From Paludibacteraceae bacterium (GTDB taxonomy: Bacteria > Bacteroidota > Bacteroidia > Bacteroidales > Paludibacteraceae): 64,000 nucleotides of DNA. Shown in pieces: positions 24,853-36,032 of the stretch; within the stretch, counting starts at the first letter, position 1; each line of letters begins with the position of its first letter. The translations under genes and the position numbers were made by a program. The stretch is from assembly GCA_045589755.1 (NCBI GenBank), contig JAZNPR010000010.1:11439-75438 (forward strand), given 5' to 3'. The notes beneath the pieces were generated by a model, which saw only the letters and a list, made by a program, of their open reading frames with translations, did no database searches and was not told the DNA's origin.

Positions 24853-26880
24853 CTAAAGTTCTAAAAGTTTCAACGATTGTTTGTGACCGTTTTTGTGGAT
24901 GGTCAGAATATAAATCCCCTGCGCTAGGCTTGGGAGAGGGTGGGTGGCGGAGGTGATATGCTCTTGTGCCACGATGGTGCCATCTATATTATATATGGTG
25001 TAGCTACCACCTTGCGCATTTTCAATGGCACGGATAGCGTGGTTGTAATAGAAAGCGTAGGTGGGTGAAGTGATGTCGGTGGTAGTGTTGTCTTTGCCCA
25101 ATCTGAGTCCGATCAGGATAGGGTCATGGTCGCTGCAACGGAACATCGTTCCGTCGTTGGACGAGCCATCGTAGGTGTATGCATCTTTCTCAGGTGCGTT
25201 GATATGATAAGGTGTCATACCGGTCACTTGAGGGTAGAGCGTGCTGTTGCAGAGTGCATGGTCGAGATAACCCAAAGTGCCTTGATACACATAGCTATAG
25301 CTGCTGTCTGCATGGAACGTGCGATGGAGGTCAATCATCCCCCAATCGGTGAGCGTGGTGATAGGATCTTCCTTGCCATAGGCATTGAGGTCGCCCACGA
25401 TGAGGAAATCCTCGTCGCCAAAAGTGGAGGTGTAAGAAGCATAACGAGAGATGATAGAGTTGGCTTCTTGTACGCGGGCAGCGTTGTAGGAGCCTTGTCC
25501 ATCGCCTTGATCTTTGTTAGCACCCGAACCGCTACCGCTCTTGGCTTTGAAGTGGTTGATGGAAAGGATGAACTTCTCGCCGCTGGCTTTCTCGGTGAAG
25601 CCTTGCACTTTCTTGCGGTTTTGGACATAGGTGTCGTTGTGCTGCATATTGCCGTGAGGGGTGACCTTGTCCGTGCAATAGACAAATCCTGCCTTAGTAA
25701 AGGTCCCATCAATGCTACTGCCGTCGTTGATGTAGGTGAAGTTTCTGCCCGTGTTTTTGGTTAGGTCAGCAGCCAGTTCGGCTAGTGCGTCTTGCCCTGT
25801 TTGTATCTCCACAAAAGCGTAGATGTCCGCATTGATTTTAGTCAGGGCTTGACTCACTTTGGCACGTTGCGCTTGGTGTTCGGTATTGTTAGCTGGACCA
25901 TAGGAGTCGAAGGCTTCTACAATGTAATATTCTAAGTTCATGCAGCACACCAGCAGTGTGTGTTCGCCGCGTGCGTCAATGGCTTTGAGGTCAATGCCTT
26001 TCTCCATCTCTGCGCGGGTGTTGCCTCGCCAGTCGCCTGAGACGAAACTGAGGTTGTTGTAGGAGTTGACTTTGACCTTGAGGTTATGCACTCGTTCGTC
26101 GATGCGATGATAGCCGCTGACATTGGTGAGTGTGAGGGTTCCTTGCTCGTTGAGCGAGAGGATAGATTGGTAGTCCGATGAGAGCGGAAGTGCTTGATTA
26201 GTAGGGTTAAAGATACGACGAGGAGCGATGGTGAGTTGCCCTGTTTTGGAGTTGTTGGTCACATAGAATGGAGTAGTGAACTGCACCTCTTTGCCCACAA
26301 ACTGGCTCATCTCGCTATTGGTCCAGAGGTCGGGGTCGGTGATGGTGATGACGCCGTTTGTTTCGTCGGTGTAGTCGCCAGTAGGGGTGTCGCTGCCGCT
26401 GATGAGGGGATTGGTGGAGTTCCAAATGTATGCCTCGCGGTCAAGTGTCTCGTAGATAGGGGTAGAAGAGGCATTCTTCTGATACTTGGTGAGCTCGCCA
26501 TAGAGTACCACGAAGTCGCCCACGGCGATGGTGCTTGGGTTGGTAATCTTTAGATTATCAATACCATACACGCGGTATGCGTAGAAATCGTCGGCGGAGT
26601 TGGCTCCTTTGACTTGCTCGATATAGAAGGACGCGTTGCCGTATCTGGAGACATTGTTTGCGTGGCTGGAATCAATCTTCTTAACATAGCCCATGACATA
26701 GTATTTGGTGCCAGTTGTGGCGCCAGATGCCAGTTTGGAGCAGATCTCACGTGCTTGCAGCACATCAATGGCTTCTGCGGGGATATTCCAGCCTTTTGCC
26801 TCCTCGGGAATGGTGATGGTCGCCGCAAAAGTATTGGCGGCGAAGAGGAGGGGCAGGAGTATGAAAGTAAGTTTTTTCAT
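24853..26880 (-). CDS. ExeM/NucH-type extracellular nuclease (EEP superfamily) with T9SS CTD
   Basis: EEP motifs (ADIYAFVEIQ, INHFKAKSG, IVGDLNAY, CSDHDPI). The C-terminus YTIYNIDGTIVAQEHI...GIYILTIHKNGHKQSLKLLEL is T9SS type-A CTD-like. The start is set at MKKLTFILL. Confidence 0.75.
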   Translation of the reverse strand: MKKLTFILLPLLFAANTFAATITIPEEAKGWNIPAEAIDVLQAREICSKLASGATTGTKYYVMGYVKKIDSSHANNVSRYGNASFYIEQVKGANSADDFYAYRVYGIDNLKITNPSTIAVGDFVVLYGELTKYQKNASSTPIYETLDREAYIWNSTNPLISGSDTPTGDYTDETNGVITITDPDLWTNSEMSQFVGKEVQFTTPFYVTNNSKTGQLTIAPRRIFNPTNQALPLSSDYQSILSLNEQGTLTLTNVSGYHRIDERVHNLKVKVNSYNNLSFVSGDWRGNTRAEMEKGIDLKAIDARGEHTLLVCCMNLEYYIVEAFDSYGPANNTEHQAQRAKVSQALTKINADIYAFVEIQTGQDALAELAADLTKNTGRNFTYINDGSSIDGTFTKAGFVYCTDKVTPHGNMQHNDTYVQNRKKVQGFTEKASGEKFILSINHFKAKSGSGSGANKDQGDGQGSYNAARVQEANSIISRYASYTSTFGDEDFLIVGDLNAYGKEDPITTLTDWGMIDLHRTFHADSSYSYVYQGTLGYLDHALCNSTLYPQVTGMTPYHINAPEKDAYTYDGSSNDGTMFRCSDHDPILIGLRLGKDNTTTDITSPTYAFYYNHAIRAIENAQGGSYTIYNIDGTIVAQEHITSATHPLPSLAQGIYILTIHKNGHKQSLKLLEL

Positions 26881-26971
26881 TTGTCTGTATGAATGAGCCT
26901 GCAAAGGTACGAAAAAAAATGCAGACAAGCAAGAAAACCCGATTTTTCTTGTGTATGTGAGAAATTTTTTG

Positions 26972-26979
26972 TACCTTTG
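26972..26979 (+). promoter_or_regulatory. -7 box TACCTTTG for glgB
   Basis: Exact match 37 nt upstream of the ATG at 27016. Confidence 0.5.
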
Positions 26980-27015
26980 CGCGCTATTTCATGTTGGTAT
27001 GATAATTATTGTACA

Positions 27016-29052
27016 ATGAAGACATTAAAACTGATACAATCTGATTCTTATCTCCGTCCTTATGCTTCGGCCATTGAAGGACGTTATAACTACGCCATCG
27101 CGCAAGAAAAAAAACTGACAGGCGGTCAGAAACTCAGCGACTGGGCGAATGGCTACATGTTCTTTGGCTTGCATAAGGTGGGCAAGAAATGGGTACTGCG
27201 CGAGTGGGCTCCTAATGCCACTGCTATTTATCTCATCGGCGACTGCAATGGCTGGCAAAAGGACGAGGCATATCGTTTGCAGCCCACCGAGAATGGTGTT
27301 TGGGAGATTACTCTAGCTGAGAAGATGCTCCAGCATGAGCAACTCTACAAACTGCTCGTGGAGTGGCAAGGTGGATGCGGAGAGCGCATTCCCAGTTATG
27401 CACGCCGCGTGGTGCAAGACCCTGTGACCAAACTCTTCTCCGCACAAGTGTGGGAGCCAAAAGAGGTAAAAACGGAAAAGTTAAAGGTAAAAGGTGCAAA
27501 GCGCAGAAAAGCGGGCGATCCGCTGTTCATCTACGAATGCCATATTGGTATGTCCAGCGAGGAGGAGAAGGTGAACTCCTACGATGAGTTCCGTCGCGAT
27601 GTACTGCCTCGTATTGCAAAATTGGGCTACAACTGCTTGCAGATTATGGCTATCCAGGAGCACCCCTACTATGGCAGTTTTGGTTACCATGTGTCGAACT
27701 TCTTCGCCGTTTCTTCGCGTCAAGGTACCCCCGAAGAACTCAAGCACCTTATCGCAGATGCACATGCCTATGGCATGGATGTAATCATGGATATTGTGCA
27801 TTCGCATGCCGTGAAGAATGAGTTGGAAGGCTTGGGCATGTTCGATGGTACTCCATATCAATACTTCCACGATGGCGCCAAACGCGAGCACCCAGCATGG
27901 GATAGTCTCTGTTTTAACTATGGCAAGGACGAAGTGTTGCATTTCTTGCTCTCCAACTGCAAGTATTGGATGGAAGAGTATGACTTCGACGGTTTCCGTT
28001 TCGATGGTGTGACCTCAATGATGTATCAAAGCCATGGACTTGGCGAGGATTTTGTGGACTACTCTTGCTACTACAACGGCAACGAGGATGGCGATGCAAT
28101 ATGCTATCTCACCCTAGCCAACAAACTCATCCACGAGGTGAAGAAGAACGCCATTACTATAGCCGAAGATATGTCGGGAATGCCTGGATTGGCTTATCCT
28201 ATCAAGGATGGCGGTATGGGCTTTGACTACCGATTGGCAATGGGTATCCCAGATTTCTGGATTAAATATATCAAAGAGGTACGCGATGAGGATTGGAAAG
28301 CGGGACATATCTTCTACGAGATGACCAACCGCCGTCAAGACGAGAAGACCATATCCTATGCCGAGAGCCACGACCAAGCCCTCGTAGGCGACAAGACTAT
28401 CATCTTCCGCCTCTGCGATGCGGATATGTATTGGCACTTCGAGAAAGGACACTCTACCTATATGGTGGACCGCGGTATCGCACTGCACAAGATGATTCGC
28501 CTCGTTACTGCTTCGACAATCAATGGCGGTTATCTTACTTTCATGGGCAACGAGTTTGGTCATCCAGAGTGGATTGATTTCCCACGCCAAGGCAACGGAT
28601 GGAGCCATAAATACGCTCGCCGTCAGTGGAGTTTGGTGGACAGTCCACGCTACTTCTTCTCTTGCCTGAATCTCTTTGACGAGAAGATGGTACACCTCTT
28701 GCGCGAGCACTTGACACCTGTGAAGGATAGTTATGGCGTGCACTTGCCATGGGAGGATAAACTCTGCGACAACGAGGGCGATCAAGTAGTAGCATACCAA
28801 CGCGGCGACTTGGTGTTTGTCTTCAATTGGAACGGTGTGAAGTCCTTCGAGGGTTATGGTATTCCTGTTCCTGCGGGCAAGTACAAAGTAGTACTCAACA
28901 CGGATGCCAAGGAGTTCGCAGGATTCGGCCTGTCGGATGACACAGTGGAGCATTTCACCCTGCCTGATACAGGATACCTACCCGCTAATAAAGGATGGCT
29001 ACAACTCTACCTTCCTGCACGTAGCGCAGTCGTACTTCAGAAAATAGATTAG
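27016..29052 (+). CDS. glgB: 1,4-alpha-glucan branching enzyme (GH13, eukaryote-like type)
   Basis: GH13 conserved regions DIVHSH, GFRFDGVTSM, AEDMSG, ESHDQ. The start is set at MKTLKLIQSD. Confidence 0.85.
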   Translation: MKTLKLIQSDSYLRPYASAIEGRYNYAIAQEKKLTGGQKLSDWANGYMFFGLHKVGKKWVLREWAPNATAIYLIGDCNGWQKDEAYRLQPTENGVWEITLAEKMLQHEQLYKLLVEWQGGCGERIPSYARRVVQDPVTKLFSAQVWEPKEVKTEKLKVKGAKRRKAGDPLFIYECHIGMSSEEEKVNSYDEFRRDVLPRIAKLGYNCLQIMAIQEHPYYGSFGYHVSNFFAVSSRQGTPEELKHLIADAHAYGMDVIMDIVHSHAVKNELEGLGMFDGTPYQYFHDGAKREHPAWDSLCFNYGKDEVLHFLLSNCKYWMEEYDFDGFRFDGVTSMMYQSHGLGEDFVDYSCYYNGNEDGDAICYLTLANKLIHEVKKNAITIAEDMSGMPGLAYPIKDGGMGFDYRLAMGIPDFWIKYIKEVRDEDWKAGHIFYEMTNRRQDEKTISYAESHDQALVGDKTIIFRLCDADMYWHFEKGHSTYMVDRGIALHKMIRLVTASTINGGYLTFMGNEFGHPEWIDFPRQGNGWSHKYARRQWSLVDSPRYFFSCLNLFDEKMVHLLREHLTPVKDSYGVHLPWEDKLCDNEGDQVVAYQRGDLVFVFNWNGVKSFEGYGIPVPAGKYKVVLNTDAKEFAGFGLSDDTVEHFTLPDTGYLPANKGWLQLYLPARSAVVLQKID

Positions 29053-29096
29053 AGAATACTAACGATTAATTATTAACTACTAACTATATAAACACC

Positions 29097-29906
29097 ATGA
29101 GACTTATCGTTCAACCCAACTATGACCTGCTTTCAGAGTGGGCAGCAAACTATGTAGCAAAACGCATCAACGAGTTCGCTCCTAAAGAGGGTACTCCTTT
29201 CGTTCTCGGTCTGCCAACAGGTTCTTCACCTCTCGGCATGTACCGCAACCTTATTCGCCTTTACCAAGAGGGTAAAGTCAGTTTCCGTAATGTCGTTACC
29301 TTCAATATGGACGAGTATGTGGGCATTCCAGAGGATCACCCAGAGAGTTACCATACTTTCATGTGGAAGAACTTCTTTTCACATATTGACATTCGTCCTG
29401 AAAATGTGAATATCCTCAACGGTAACGCCGAGGATTTGGCTGCTGAGTGCGCTCGCTATGAAGAGAAAATCAAGAACTACGGCGGTATCATGCTCTTCCT
29501 TGGCGGTATCGGTCCTGATGGACACATCGCCTTTAACGAGCCAGGTAGTTCACTCACTTCGCGCACACGCAAAAAAGAGTTGACCACCGATACTATCATT
29601 GCCAACTCTCGTTTCTTCGACAACGATGTAAACAAAGTGCCTAAGACAGCTCTCACCGTAGGTGTAGGTACTATTATGGATGCCAAAGAGGTACTCATTA
29701 TGGTAAATGGCCACAACAAAGCACGTGCTCTCCAACATGCTATTGAGGAGCCAATCTCACATATGTGGACTATCTCTGCCCTCCAAATGCACCAACATGG
29801 CATCATCGTAGCAGACGAAGCTGCTTGTGCTGAACTCAAAGTGGGCACCTACAACTACTTCAAAGACATTGAGAAGAATAACCTCGATCCAAAATCACTG
29901 CTCTAA
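29097..29906 (+). CDS. nagB: glucosamine-6-phosphate deaminase
   Basis: MRLIV...[12 protein letters not shown]...FNMDEYVG...[15 protein letters not shown], 269 aa. Confidence 0.9.
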   Translation: MRLIVQPNYDLLSEWAANYVAKRINEFAPKEGTPFVLGLPTGSSPLGMYRNLIRLYQEGKVSFRNVVTFNMDEYVGIPEDHPESYHTFMWKNFFSHIDIRPENVNILNGNAEDLAAECARYEEKIKNYGGIMLFLGGIGPDGHIAFNEPGSSLTSRTRKKELTTDTIIANSRFFDNDVNKVPKTALTVGVGTIMDAKEVLIMVNGHNKARALQHAIEEPISHMWTISALQMHQHGIIVADEAACAELKVGTYNYFKDIEKNNLDPKSLL

Positions 29907-31369
29907 TGCTTCAGATTTATAATACATTAAGTAGACAAAAAGAATACTTCAAACCCTTGCACGAAGGACACGTAGGCATGTATGTCTGCGGTCCTACTGT
30001 GTATGGCGATGCACACTTGGGACACGCACGCCCTGCTATCACCTTTGATTTACTCTATCGTTATTTGATGCACCTCGGTTACAAGGTGCGCTATGTGCGT
30101 AATATCACGGATGTGGGTCACCTAGAGCACGATGCGGACGAGGGCGAAGATAAGATAGCTAAGAAAGCGCGTCTTGAGCAGCTCGAACCTATGGAAGTGG
30201 TGCAATACTTCACGAACCGCTACCACAGGGATATGGAACTGCTGAACGTGTTGCCACCATCTATCGAACCACATGCCAGCGGACATATCATCGAGCAGAT
30301 AGCTTTTGTGCAGAAGATCATGGACAAAGGCTATGCCTATGTGAGCAACGGAAGCGTGTATATGGATGTGGAGAAGTATGCCAAGGATTATCCATATGGC
30401 AAGTTGTCGGGTCGTAACTTGGAGGATATCGTGACTGAGACGCGCGAGCTGGACGGACAACAAGAGAAGAAGCACAGTTTCGACTTCGCCCTTTGGAAAA
30501 AGGCATCGCCTGAACACATCATGCACTGGCCCAGCCCTTGGAGCGAAGGTTTCCCTGGCTGGCATATGGAGTGCTCTGCTATGGGTACAAAATACCTCGG
30601 TGAGCAGTTTGATATCCACGGTGGTGGTATGGATCTCATGTTCCCTCACCACGAAGCAGAGATTGCACAGAGTTGTGCTGCCCTTGGACACGACAGTGTC
30701 CGCTATTGGATGCACAACAATATGATCACCATCGCGGGCAAAAAGATGGGTAAGAGCTACAACAACTTCATCACCCTCGAGCAGTTCTTTGCGGGCAATC
30801 ATGAGTTGTTGGAGCAACCATTTAGTCCAATGACCATTCGCTTCTTTATTCTCCAAGCGCACTATCGTTCTACGGTGGACTTTTCCAATGATGCCCTCGT
30901 TGCAGCAGAAAAGGGATTAGGTCGTTTGACCGAAGCATACCAACGATTGATGAAGATCAAAGCATCTGCTACCTCTACCGTAGAAATCGGCAACCTCCGC
31001 GAACGTTGCCAAGAGGCGATGGACGATGACCTCAACTCACCTATCGTGATTTCGCATTTGTTTGATTCGGCTCGTGCTATCAATACTGTCTTTGACGGTA
31101 AGGGTACGATCTCTGAGGCAGACTTGGAGGAGTTGCGTGCTGTATGGAAGACCTATGCGATGGATATCCTAGGTTTGCAATTGGACGGAGCGCAAGATGC
31201 AGGTGCAGGTATGGACGCATACAAAGGTGCTATAGACATGCTTCTCAATATGCGACTCGAAGCGAAGCGCAACAAGGATTGGGCTACCAGCGACAAGATT
31301 CGCAACGAACTGACTGCGCTAGGATTCACCATCAAAGATACCAAAGACGGTTTTGAATGGAGCCTATAA
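29906..31369 (+). CDS. cysS: cysteine--tRNA ligase
   Basis: HIGH-type HLGHAR, zinc-ligand context GWHMECS, KMSKS-type KMGKSYNN. 1-nt overlap with the nagB stop. Confidence 0.9.
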   Translation: MLQIYNTLSRQKEYFKPLHEGHVGMYVCGPTVYGDAHLGHARPAITFDLLYRYLMHLGYKVRYVRNITDVGHLEHDADEGEDKIAKKARLEQLEPMEVVQYFTNRYHRDMELLNVLPPSIEPHASGHIIEQIAFVQKIMDKGYAYVSNGSVYMDVEKYAKDYPYGKLSGRNLEDIVTETRELDGQQEKKHSFDFALWKKASPEHIMHWPSPWSEGFPGWHMECSAMGTKYLGEQFDIHGGGMDLMFPHHEAEIAQSCAALGHDSVRYWMHNNMITIAGKKMGKSYNNFITLEQFFAGNHELLEQPFSPMTIRFFILQAHYRSTVDFSNDALVAAEKGLGRLTEAYQRLMKIKASATSTVEIGNLRERCQEAMDDDLNSPIVISHLFDSARAINTVFDGKGTISEADLEELRAVWKTYAMDILGLQLDGAQDAGAGMDAYKGAIDMLLNMRLEAKRNKDWATSDKIRNELTALGFTIKDTKDGFEWSL

Positions 31370-31378
31370 AACGGAAAA

Positions 31379-32077
31379 GTGAAAACAAAAATCCGACATA
31401 TTAGAAAATTAGTCCTGCTAATGGCGGGACTAATTTTTGGTTTCTCTGCATGTAGTTCAAAATCCGATTCCCGAAACCCTAATCCCGATTCCCTAATCGA
31501 GGACACCATGGTGTCATACCCTGGTCGCACTTTCAGCTACAAGCAAAAGTTCAATGATACACAAGCTAAGCAGGAGTTGGCTGCCAAAGCCATAGGACTG
31601 GCGACACCACCGAAGAATCGCCAAGAGGCAGTGCGTATGCGAGGTCAACTAAAACTGATCAAGAGCAACGATAACTATATTGTGGACTCACTCACGCACT
31701 CCATCCCTTTCCTTGTTCCTGCTGCGGCTGCGGAACTGGAGCGTATCGGCGAAGGGTTTGCCGATATTCTGCAACGCAATGGCTTGCCGCATTATCAGTT
31801 TTATGTCACGAGTGTGCTCCGCACGAAGGAGGACATAAAGCAACTACAAAAAAGTGGTAACATCAATGCTACCACTAATTCATGCCACAATTACGGCACG
31901 ACTTTCGACTTGGCGTACTTCCGATTTAATAAGGTAACGCGCACGCGCGAGTACATGCACCAAGATAATCTGAAACTGGTCTTAGGTCAAGTTCTTCTCA
32001 ACGAACAGCGTGCAGGACGTATCTACGTGAAGTACGAATACAAACAAGCCTGCTTCCACATCACTGTGAGAGAATAA
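31379..32077 (+). CDS. DUF5715-like lipoprotein
   Basis: GTG start, lipobox GFSAC. The block VTSVLRTKEDIKQLQKSGNINATTNSCHNYGTTFDLAY matches my recollection of DUF5715. Confidence 0.55.
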   Translation: MKTKIRHIRKLVLLMAGLIFGFSACSSKSDSRNPNPDSLIEDTMVSYPGRTFSYKQKFNDTQAKQELAAKAIGLATPPKNRQEAVRMRGQLKLIKSNDNYIVDSLTHSIPFLVPAAAAELERIGEGFADILQRNGLPHYQFYVTSVLRTKEDIKQLQKSGNINATTNSCHNYGTTFDLAYFRFNKVTRTREYMHQDNLKLVLGQVLLNEQRAGRIYVKYEYKQACFHITVRE

Positions 32078-32100
32078 TCCTATTTCCAATATCCAACAAC

Positions 32101-32424
32101 CTATATCCTACTCCTAATCTCCACTAGTTCGGCGCGGACGCGTTGAAGAATCTCGGCGGCACGCTGACGGAAGTCGGCTTGGCGTTTGCCTTGCTTGAGT
32201 TCTTGGCGAATGGCCTCAATACGCGTGATATGCATCTCATCACGTAAATACTTAATCTGCTTAATCAGCTCAATATCCGCCATAGTATAATAGCGATTAC
32301 CATGACCATCCTTGCGTGGATCCAACTGAGCGAAATGCTTCTCCCAATAACGCAATGTGGTAGCAGGAAGCCCCGTCATCTCTTGGGCTTCGGTCATAGA
32401 ATAATATATCTTCTCACTCACCAT
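32101..32424 (-). CDS. MerR-family transcriptional regulator
   Basis: The N-terminal HTH YSMTEAQEMTGLPATTLRYWEKHF...RKDGHGNRYYTMADIELI is typical of MerR. Confidence 0.8.
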   Translation of the reverse strand: MVSEKIYYSMTEAQEMTGLPATTLRYWEKHFAQLDPRKDGHGNRYYTMADIELIKQIKYLRDEMHITRIEAIRQELKQGKRQADFRQRAAEILQRVRAELVEIRSRI

Positions 32425-33704
32425 TATACGTTTGGTATCTTGAGCGTTTTGCCTGCGCGTATGAAGTCAGACTTCAGTCCATTAAATGCCTTCAGTCGTT
32501 TGACACTCACATGGAACTTAGCCGCTATACCGCCCAGCGTGTCCCCCTCTTTAATCTTATAATAGGTGATACCGTTCACCGAATAGCCACCATTCAATCC
32601 TGTTTTTTGCATAAGGTCAATCTCTGAACGGCGGTTGTGTATCAGTTCTTTGGCTTGATATGCCAAGATGGTATCCTGCTGGTCAATATACGAACCTGAA
32701 ATAGCGATAGGCAAACACAATGCATACTCCTTTCCCCCAGGAATAATATCGCGGGCATATTGTGGATTCAATCGGCGCAATTCCTCAATGGTAATATCTA
32801 AATTTGCAGCAATCTGCTTGAGGTGCTGACGCTCCGTCGTTATAATCGTATCGGTAATGGGATAGAGATTATCGGTAGATGGACAAATACCGTGTACGTC
32901 GGCATAGTTCATGGCATACGATGCTGCGATGAAGATAGGCAAATATCCGCGCGTTTCTTTTGGTAAAAAAGGATAGATACTCCAGAAATCGCGTTTACCT
33001 CCTGCACGGTGAATGGCTTTATTCACATTGCCTGGACCGCAGTTGTAAGCGGCAATCACCAAGTTCCAGTCGTTGAAAATTTTATACAATGCACTCAGGA
33101 ACTTACATGCTGCTTCGGTAGAGCGGATAGGATCCATGCGCTCGTCAATGAGCGAGTTGACTTCCAATCCATATTTCTTGCCTGTAGCAGGCATGAATTG
33201 CCACAAACCCACGGCTCCCATATGCGAACGTGCTTGCGGATTGAGTGCAGATTCTATCACAGGCAAATAGCAGAGTTCAAAGGGTAGTTCATGTTTACCC
33301 AATATATCCTCAAAGATGGGAAAATAATACTCAGCTTTGCGTTGCAAACTGGCGAGTTGACGAGGGCTATGCTTCACATAGCGCAAGATATACCGACGTA
33401 CCACCTCGTTATAAGGCACTTCTATTACAAAGGGCAATGCCTGCAAACGGGATTTATAGATTGAGTCGGGCAATTCAGCAATCAGCGTATCCGATGTACA
33501 TTCTGTTGTATCCAACCATGCCAATGCTTCATCGAAAAAGATAGGTAGTTCCAGACTATCCAATGACGAATCAACCAAACTATCTGGTGTGGAGATGTTT
33601 GAGATTTCAGGAGTGGAATCATGTAGGCACTCAGGAATAGAGTCCTGAGCTATTATTGGTGCATTCAATGCACAAAGCAGTACTATATGAAGGAGTTGTT
33701 TCAT
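32424..33704 (-). CDS. lytic transglycosylase (SLT domain) with LysM repeats, MltD-like
   Basis: SLT catalytic context VIESALNPQARSHMGAVGLWQFMPATG, AAYNCGPGNV. A divergent LysM-like repeat (RQHLKQIAANLDITIEELRRLN...) and a C-terminal LysM (YKIKEGDTLGGIAAKFHVSVKRLKAFN). Confidence 0.8.
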   Translation of the reverse strand: MKQLLHIVLLCALNAPIIAQDSIPECLHDSTPEISNISTPDSLVDSSLDSLELPIFFDEALAWLDTTECTSDTLIAELPDSIYKSRLQALPFVIEVPYNEVVRRYILRYVKHSPRQLASLQRKAEYYFPIFEDILGKHELPFELCYLPVIESALNPQARSHMGAVGLWQFMPATGKKYGLEVNSLIDERMDPIRSTEAACKFLSALYKIFNDWNLVIAAYNCGPGNVNKAIHRAGGKRDFWSIYPFLPKETRGYLPIFIAASYAMNYADVHGICPSTDNLYPITDTIITTERQHLKQIAANLDITIEELRRLNPQYARDIIPGGKEYALCLPIAISGSYIDQQDTILAYQAKELIHNRRSEIDLMQKTGLNGGYSVNGITYYKIKEGDTLGGIAAKFHVSVKRLKAFNGLKSDFIRAGKTLKIPNV

Positions 33705-33711
33705 TTTTAAT

Positions 33712-34416
33712 CTAAAATCGTATTGCCAATTTCACTTCGGCGGTTCGTTGGTGATGCATGTCGTAGTAGAGTTGTGGTGTAATATCTAGCGATAAATCAT
33801 TGGATATGTCAAAATCGAATAGTTGAGCATCCACATATGCATCAACCAGTGATAGTGCATAGACCAACACGGTTACCAAGATAGATAGGTCTCGTTGCCT
33901 GAGTGCTGCATTTTGCCAGGTTTTCAATCTATTTTGATAGGTTTGAGCTCCACCCATACTACTGATAGTATAGCCTTCAGGTAGGATAGCATTGTATGAT
34001 TTGATAGGATCGTCGGTCAGTGTGCCATTTTGCATGTCATAATAGATATCGCGATAAGCCGTTTTGTAGCTGTCATATTGGTTGCTAGTCCAAGTGATAG
34101 CATAGATACATCCCATGAATCCACCATAGACAATGGGGAGTTTCCAATAACTTCGATTGTAGATTTGACCTAATCCAGGAACTACAGCACCTAACCAGAC
34201 AGCACGACCAGGATTGGGTTTCCAAAACAATCGATCCATTTCTTTCTGGGTAAGCGGAACGGAGTCAATAAGGCTAACAGAAGATGTGTCGGCAGTGGAT
34301 TGTTGCTTCAATTCCTCCGAAGTCATCCACTCGCTGTCATCTACCCTGAATTCCGCTTGTTGTGCCCGTAATGGCATAATAATCAGGGCTAATAATATGC
34401 AGAAAATTAGCTTCAA
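33712..34416 (-). CDS. DUF5683-family membrane protein
   Basis: PNPGRAVWLGAVVPGLGQIYNRSYWKLPIVYGG is the characteristic motif. It follows parB, as is common in Bacteroidota. Confidence 0.65.
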   Translation of the reverse strand: MKLIFCILLALIIMPLRAQQAEFRVDDSEWMTSEELKQQSTADTSSVSLIDSVPLTQKEMDRLFWKPNPGRAVWLGAVVPGLGQIYNRSYWKLPIVYGGFMGCIYAITWTSNQYDSYKTAYRDIYYDMQNGTLTDDPIKSYNAILPEGYTISSMGGAQTYQNRLKTWQNAALRQRDLSILVTVLVYALSLVDAYVDAQLFDFDISNDLSLDITPQLYYDMHHQRTAEVKLAIRF

Positions 34417-35237
34417 TGTATTCGTTGTATAATGCTATTTAATTCGTCTTCGTTACGGAAGGTAATAATAATTTTCTGACCAGAAATCTTGGCTGCTTTG
34501 CCCAATCGATCGGTGAGATATTGCTGCTGAGCAGTGTATGTCAGTTTTTCTTTTTTCTCTTTTTTATCAAGTTTTATGGAACTGACCAACTCTTCTACTT
34601 TGCGTACAGATAGACCATTTTGCAGAATACGTTTGTATATGCTGAGTTGTTGTTCTGGTGACGTAGAACCCAAGATAGCGCGTGCATGCCCCATGTCGAT
34701 TTTCTTCTCTTTGATGCCGAGTTGTATTTCTGCGGGCAGTTTGAGCAATCGAAGGTAGTTAGCTACCGTAGCACGTTTCTTGCCTACGCGCTCTGACATG
34801 CGCTCTTGAGTTAGGTTATATTCGTCCATCAATCGTTGATAGGCTAATGCAATCTCAATAGCGTCAAGATCCTCGCGTTGGATATTCTCAATGAGTGCCC
34901 ATTCCATCACTTGCTCATCTTTGGCAGTGCGGATATAAGCGGGTATAGAAACCAAACCTGCCATCTTTGCGGCACGAAAACGACGCTCACCTGCGATAAT
35001 CATATAGCGTTTGTTTGCATCTTTGCGCAGTGTGATAGGCGATATAACGCCATGTTCTTTGATGGATTGCGCCAATTCGCTGAGTGCTTCTTCATCAAAA
35101 GTGCGGCGTGGCTGATCAGGATTGGGATAAATCTTTTCCAACGCAATCTCACTGATGGTCGAAGAACCCTCAGTAGCAATATGTGTAGTATCGATCAGCG
35201 CATCCAATCCGCGCCCTAATCCTAATGATTTTTTCAT
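34413..35237 (-). CDS. parB: chromosome partitioning protein ParB
   Basis: LGRGLDALI, ParB box IIAGERRFRAA, and an HTH region. Confidence 0.9.
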   Translation of the reverse strand: MKKSLGLGRGLDALIDTTHIATEGSSTISEIALEKIYPNPDQPRRTFDEEALSELAQSIKEHGVISPITLRKDANKRYMIIAGERRFRAAKMAGLVSIPAYIRTAKDEQVMEWALIENIQREDLDAIEIALAYQRLMDEYNLTQERMSERVGKKRATVANYLRLLKLPAEIQLGIKEKKIDMGHARAILGSTSPEQQLSIYKRILQNGLSVRKVEELVSSIKLDKKEKKEKLTYTAQQQYLTDRLGKAAKISGQKIIITFRNEDELNSIIQRIH

Positions 35238-36001
35238 GCTTGATTCCTCCTGATAAGTTCTTTAGCTAGGTTGATATAGTTTTTGGCTCCCCTACTATGT
35301 TTGTCGTATTCAAGTACGGACATGCCATGACTGGGGGCTTCGCTCAGTCGCACATTACGTGCGATAACGGTGTTAAATACCAGATCTCCGAAGTGGCGGC
35401 GCACCTCATCGTGTACTTGCATAGACAGACGTAGGCGACCATCGTACATGGTGAGCAAGAATCCTTCGATACGCAGTGAGGGGTTGAGGTTTGACTTAAT
35501 GATCTTAATGGTATTCAGCAGTTTGGCAATACCCTCTAGTGCAAAGAACTCGCACTGTACTGGAATAATCACACTATCGCTGGCGGTAAGCGCATTGATG
35601 GTAATCAAACCCAATGAAGGAGAGCAGTCTATGAGTATATAGTCATACAATGGACGTAGTGGTGCTAATACGCGCTTGAGCAAATTCTCTCGGTCATCAA
35701 TGTTGAGCATTTCTATTTCTGCGCCCACTAAGTCAATGTGCGAAGGAATGAGGTCTAGGTTAGGTAATGTCGTATGTGCAATAGCAGTTTTGGGATCAAT
35801 ACCGACTACTAGACACTCGTAAATAGTATTTTCAAGGTTGCGTATGTCTATACCTAAACCCGATGATGTGTTGGCTTGTGGGTCGGCATCAATGAGAAGG
35901 ACCTTTTTGCCTTCTGATGCTAATGAAGCCGCCAAGTTGATAGAGGTAGTGGTCTTACCTACACCACCTTTTTGATTTGCCAATGAAATAATTTTTCCCA
36001 T
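35234..36001 (-). CDS. parA: chromosome partitioning ATPase ParA/Soj
   Basis: Deviant Walker A NQKGGVGKTT, LLIDADPQ, IPVQCEFFALEG. Confidence 0.9.
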   Translation of the reverse strand: MGKIISLANQKGGVGKTTTSINLAASLASEGKKVLLIDADPQANTSSGLGIDIRNLENTIYECLVVGIDPKTAIAHTTLPNLDLIPSHIDLVGAEIEMLNIDDRENLLKRVLAPLRPLYDYILIDCSPSLGLITINALTASDSVIIPVQCEFFALEGIAKLLNTIKIIKSNLNPSLRIEGFLLTMYDGRLRLSMQVHDEVRRHFGDLVFNTVIARNVRLSEAPSHGMSVLEYDKHSRGAKNYINLAKELIRRNQA

Positions 36002-36032
36002 GTTATATAGTAGTTTAGAAATTCAGTAGTTA

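Noticed and set aside
34413-36001. parA/parB as an indicator of a plasmid or mobile element.
   Set aside because: They sit in the conserved Bacteroidota chromosomal arrangement (parA-parB-DUF5683-lytic transglycosylase) among housekeeping genes. Nothing suggests a plasmid origin.
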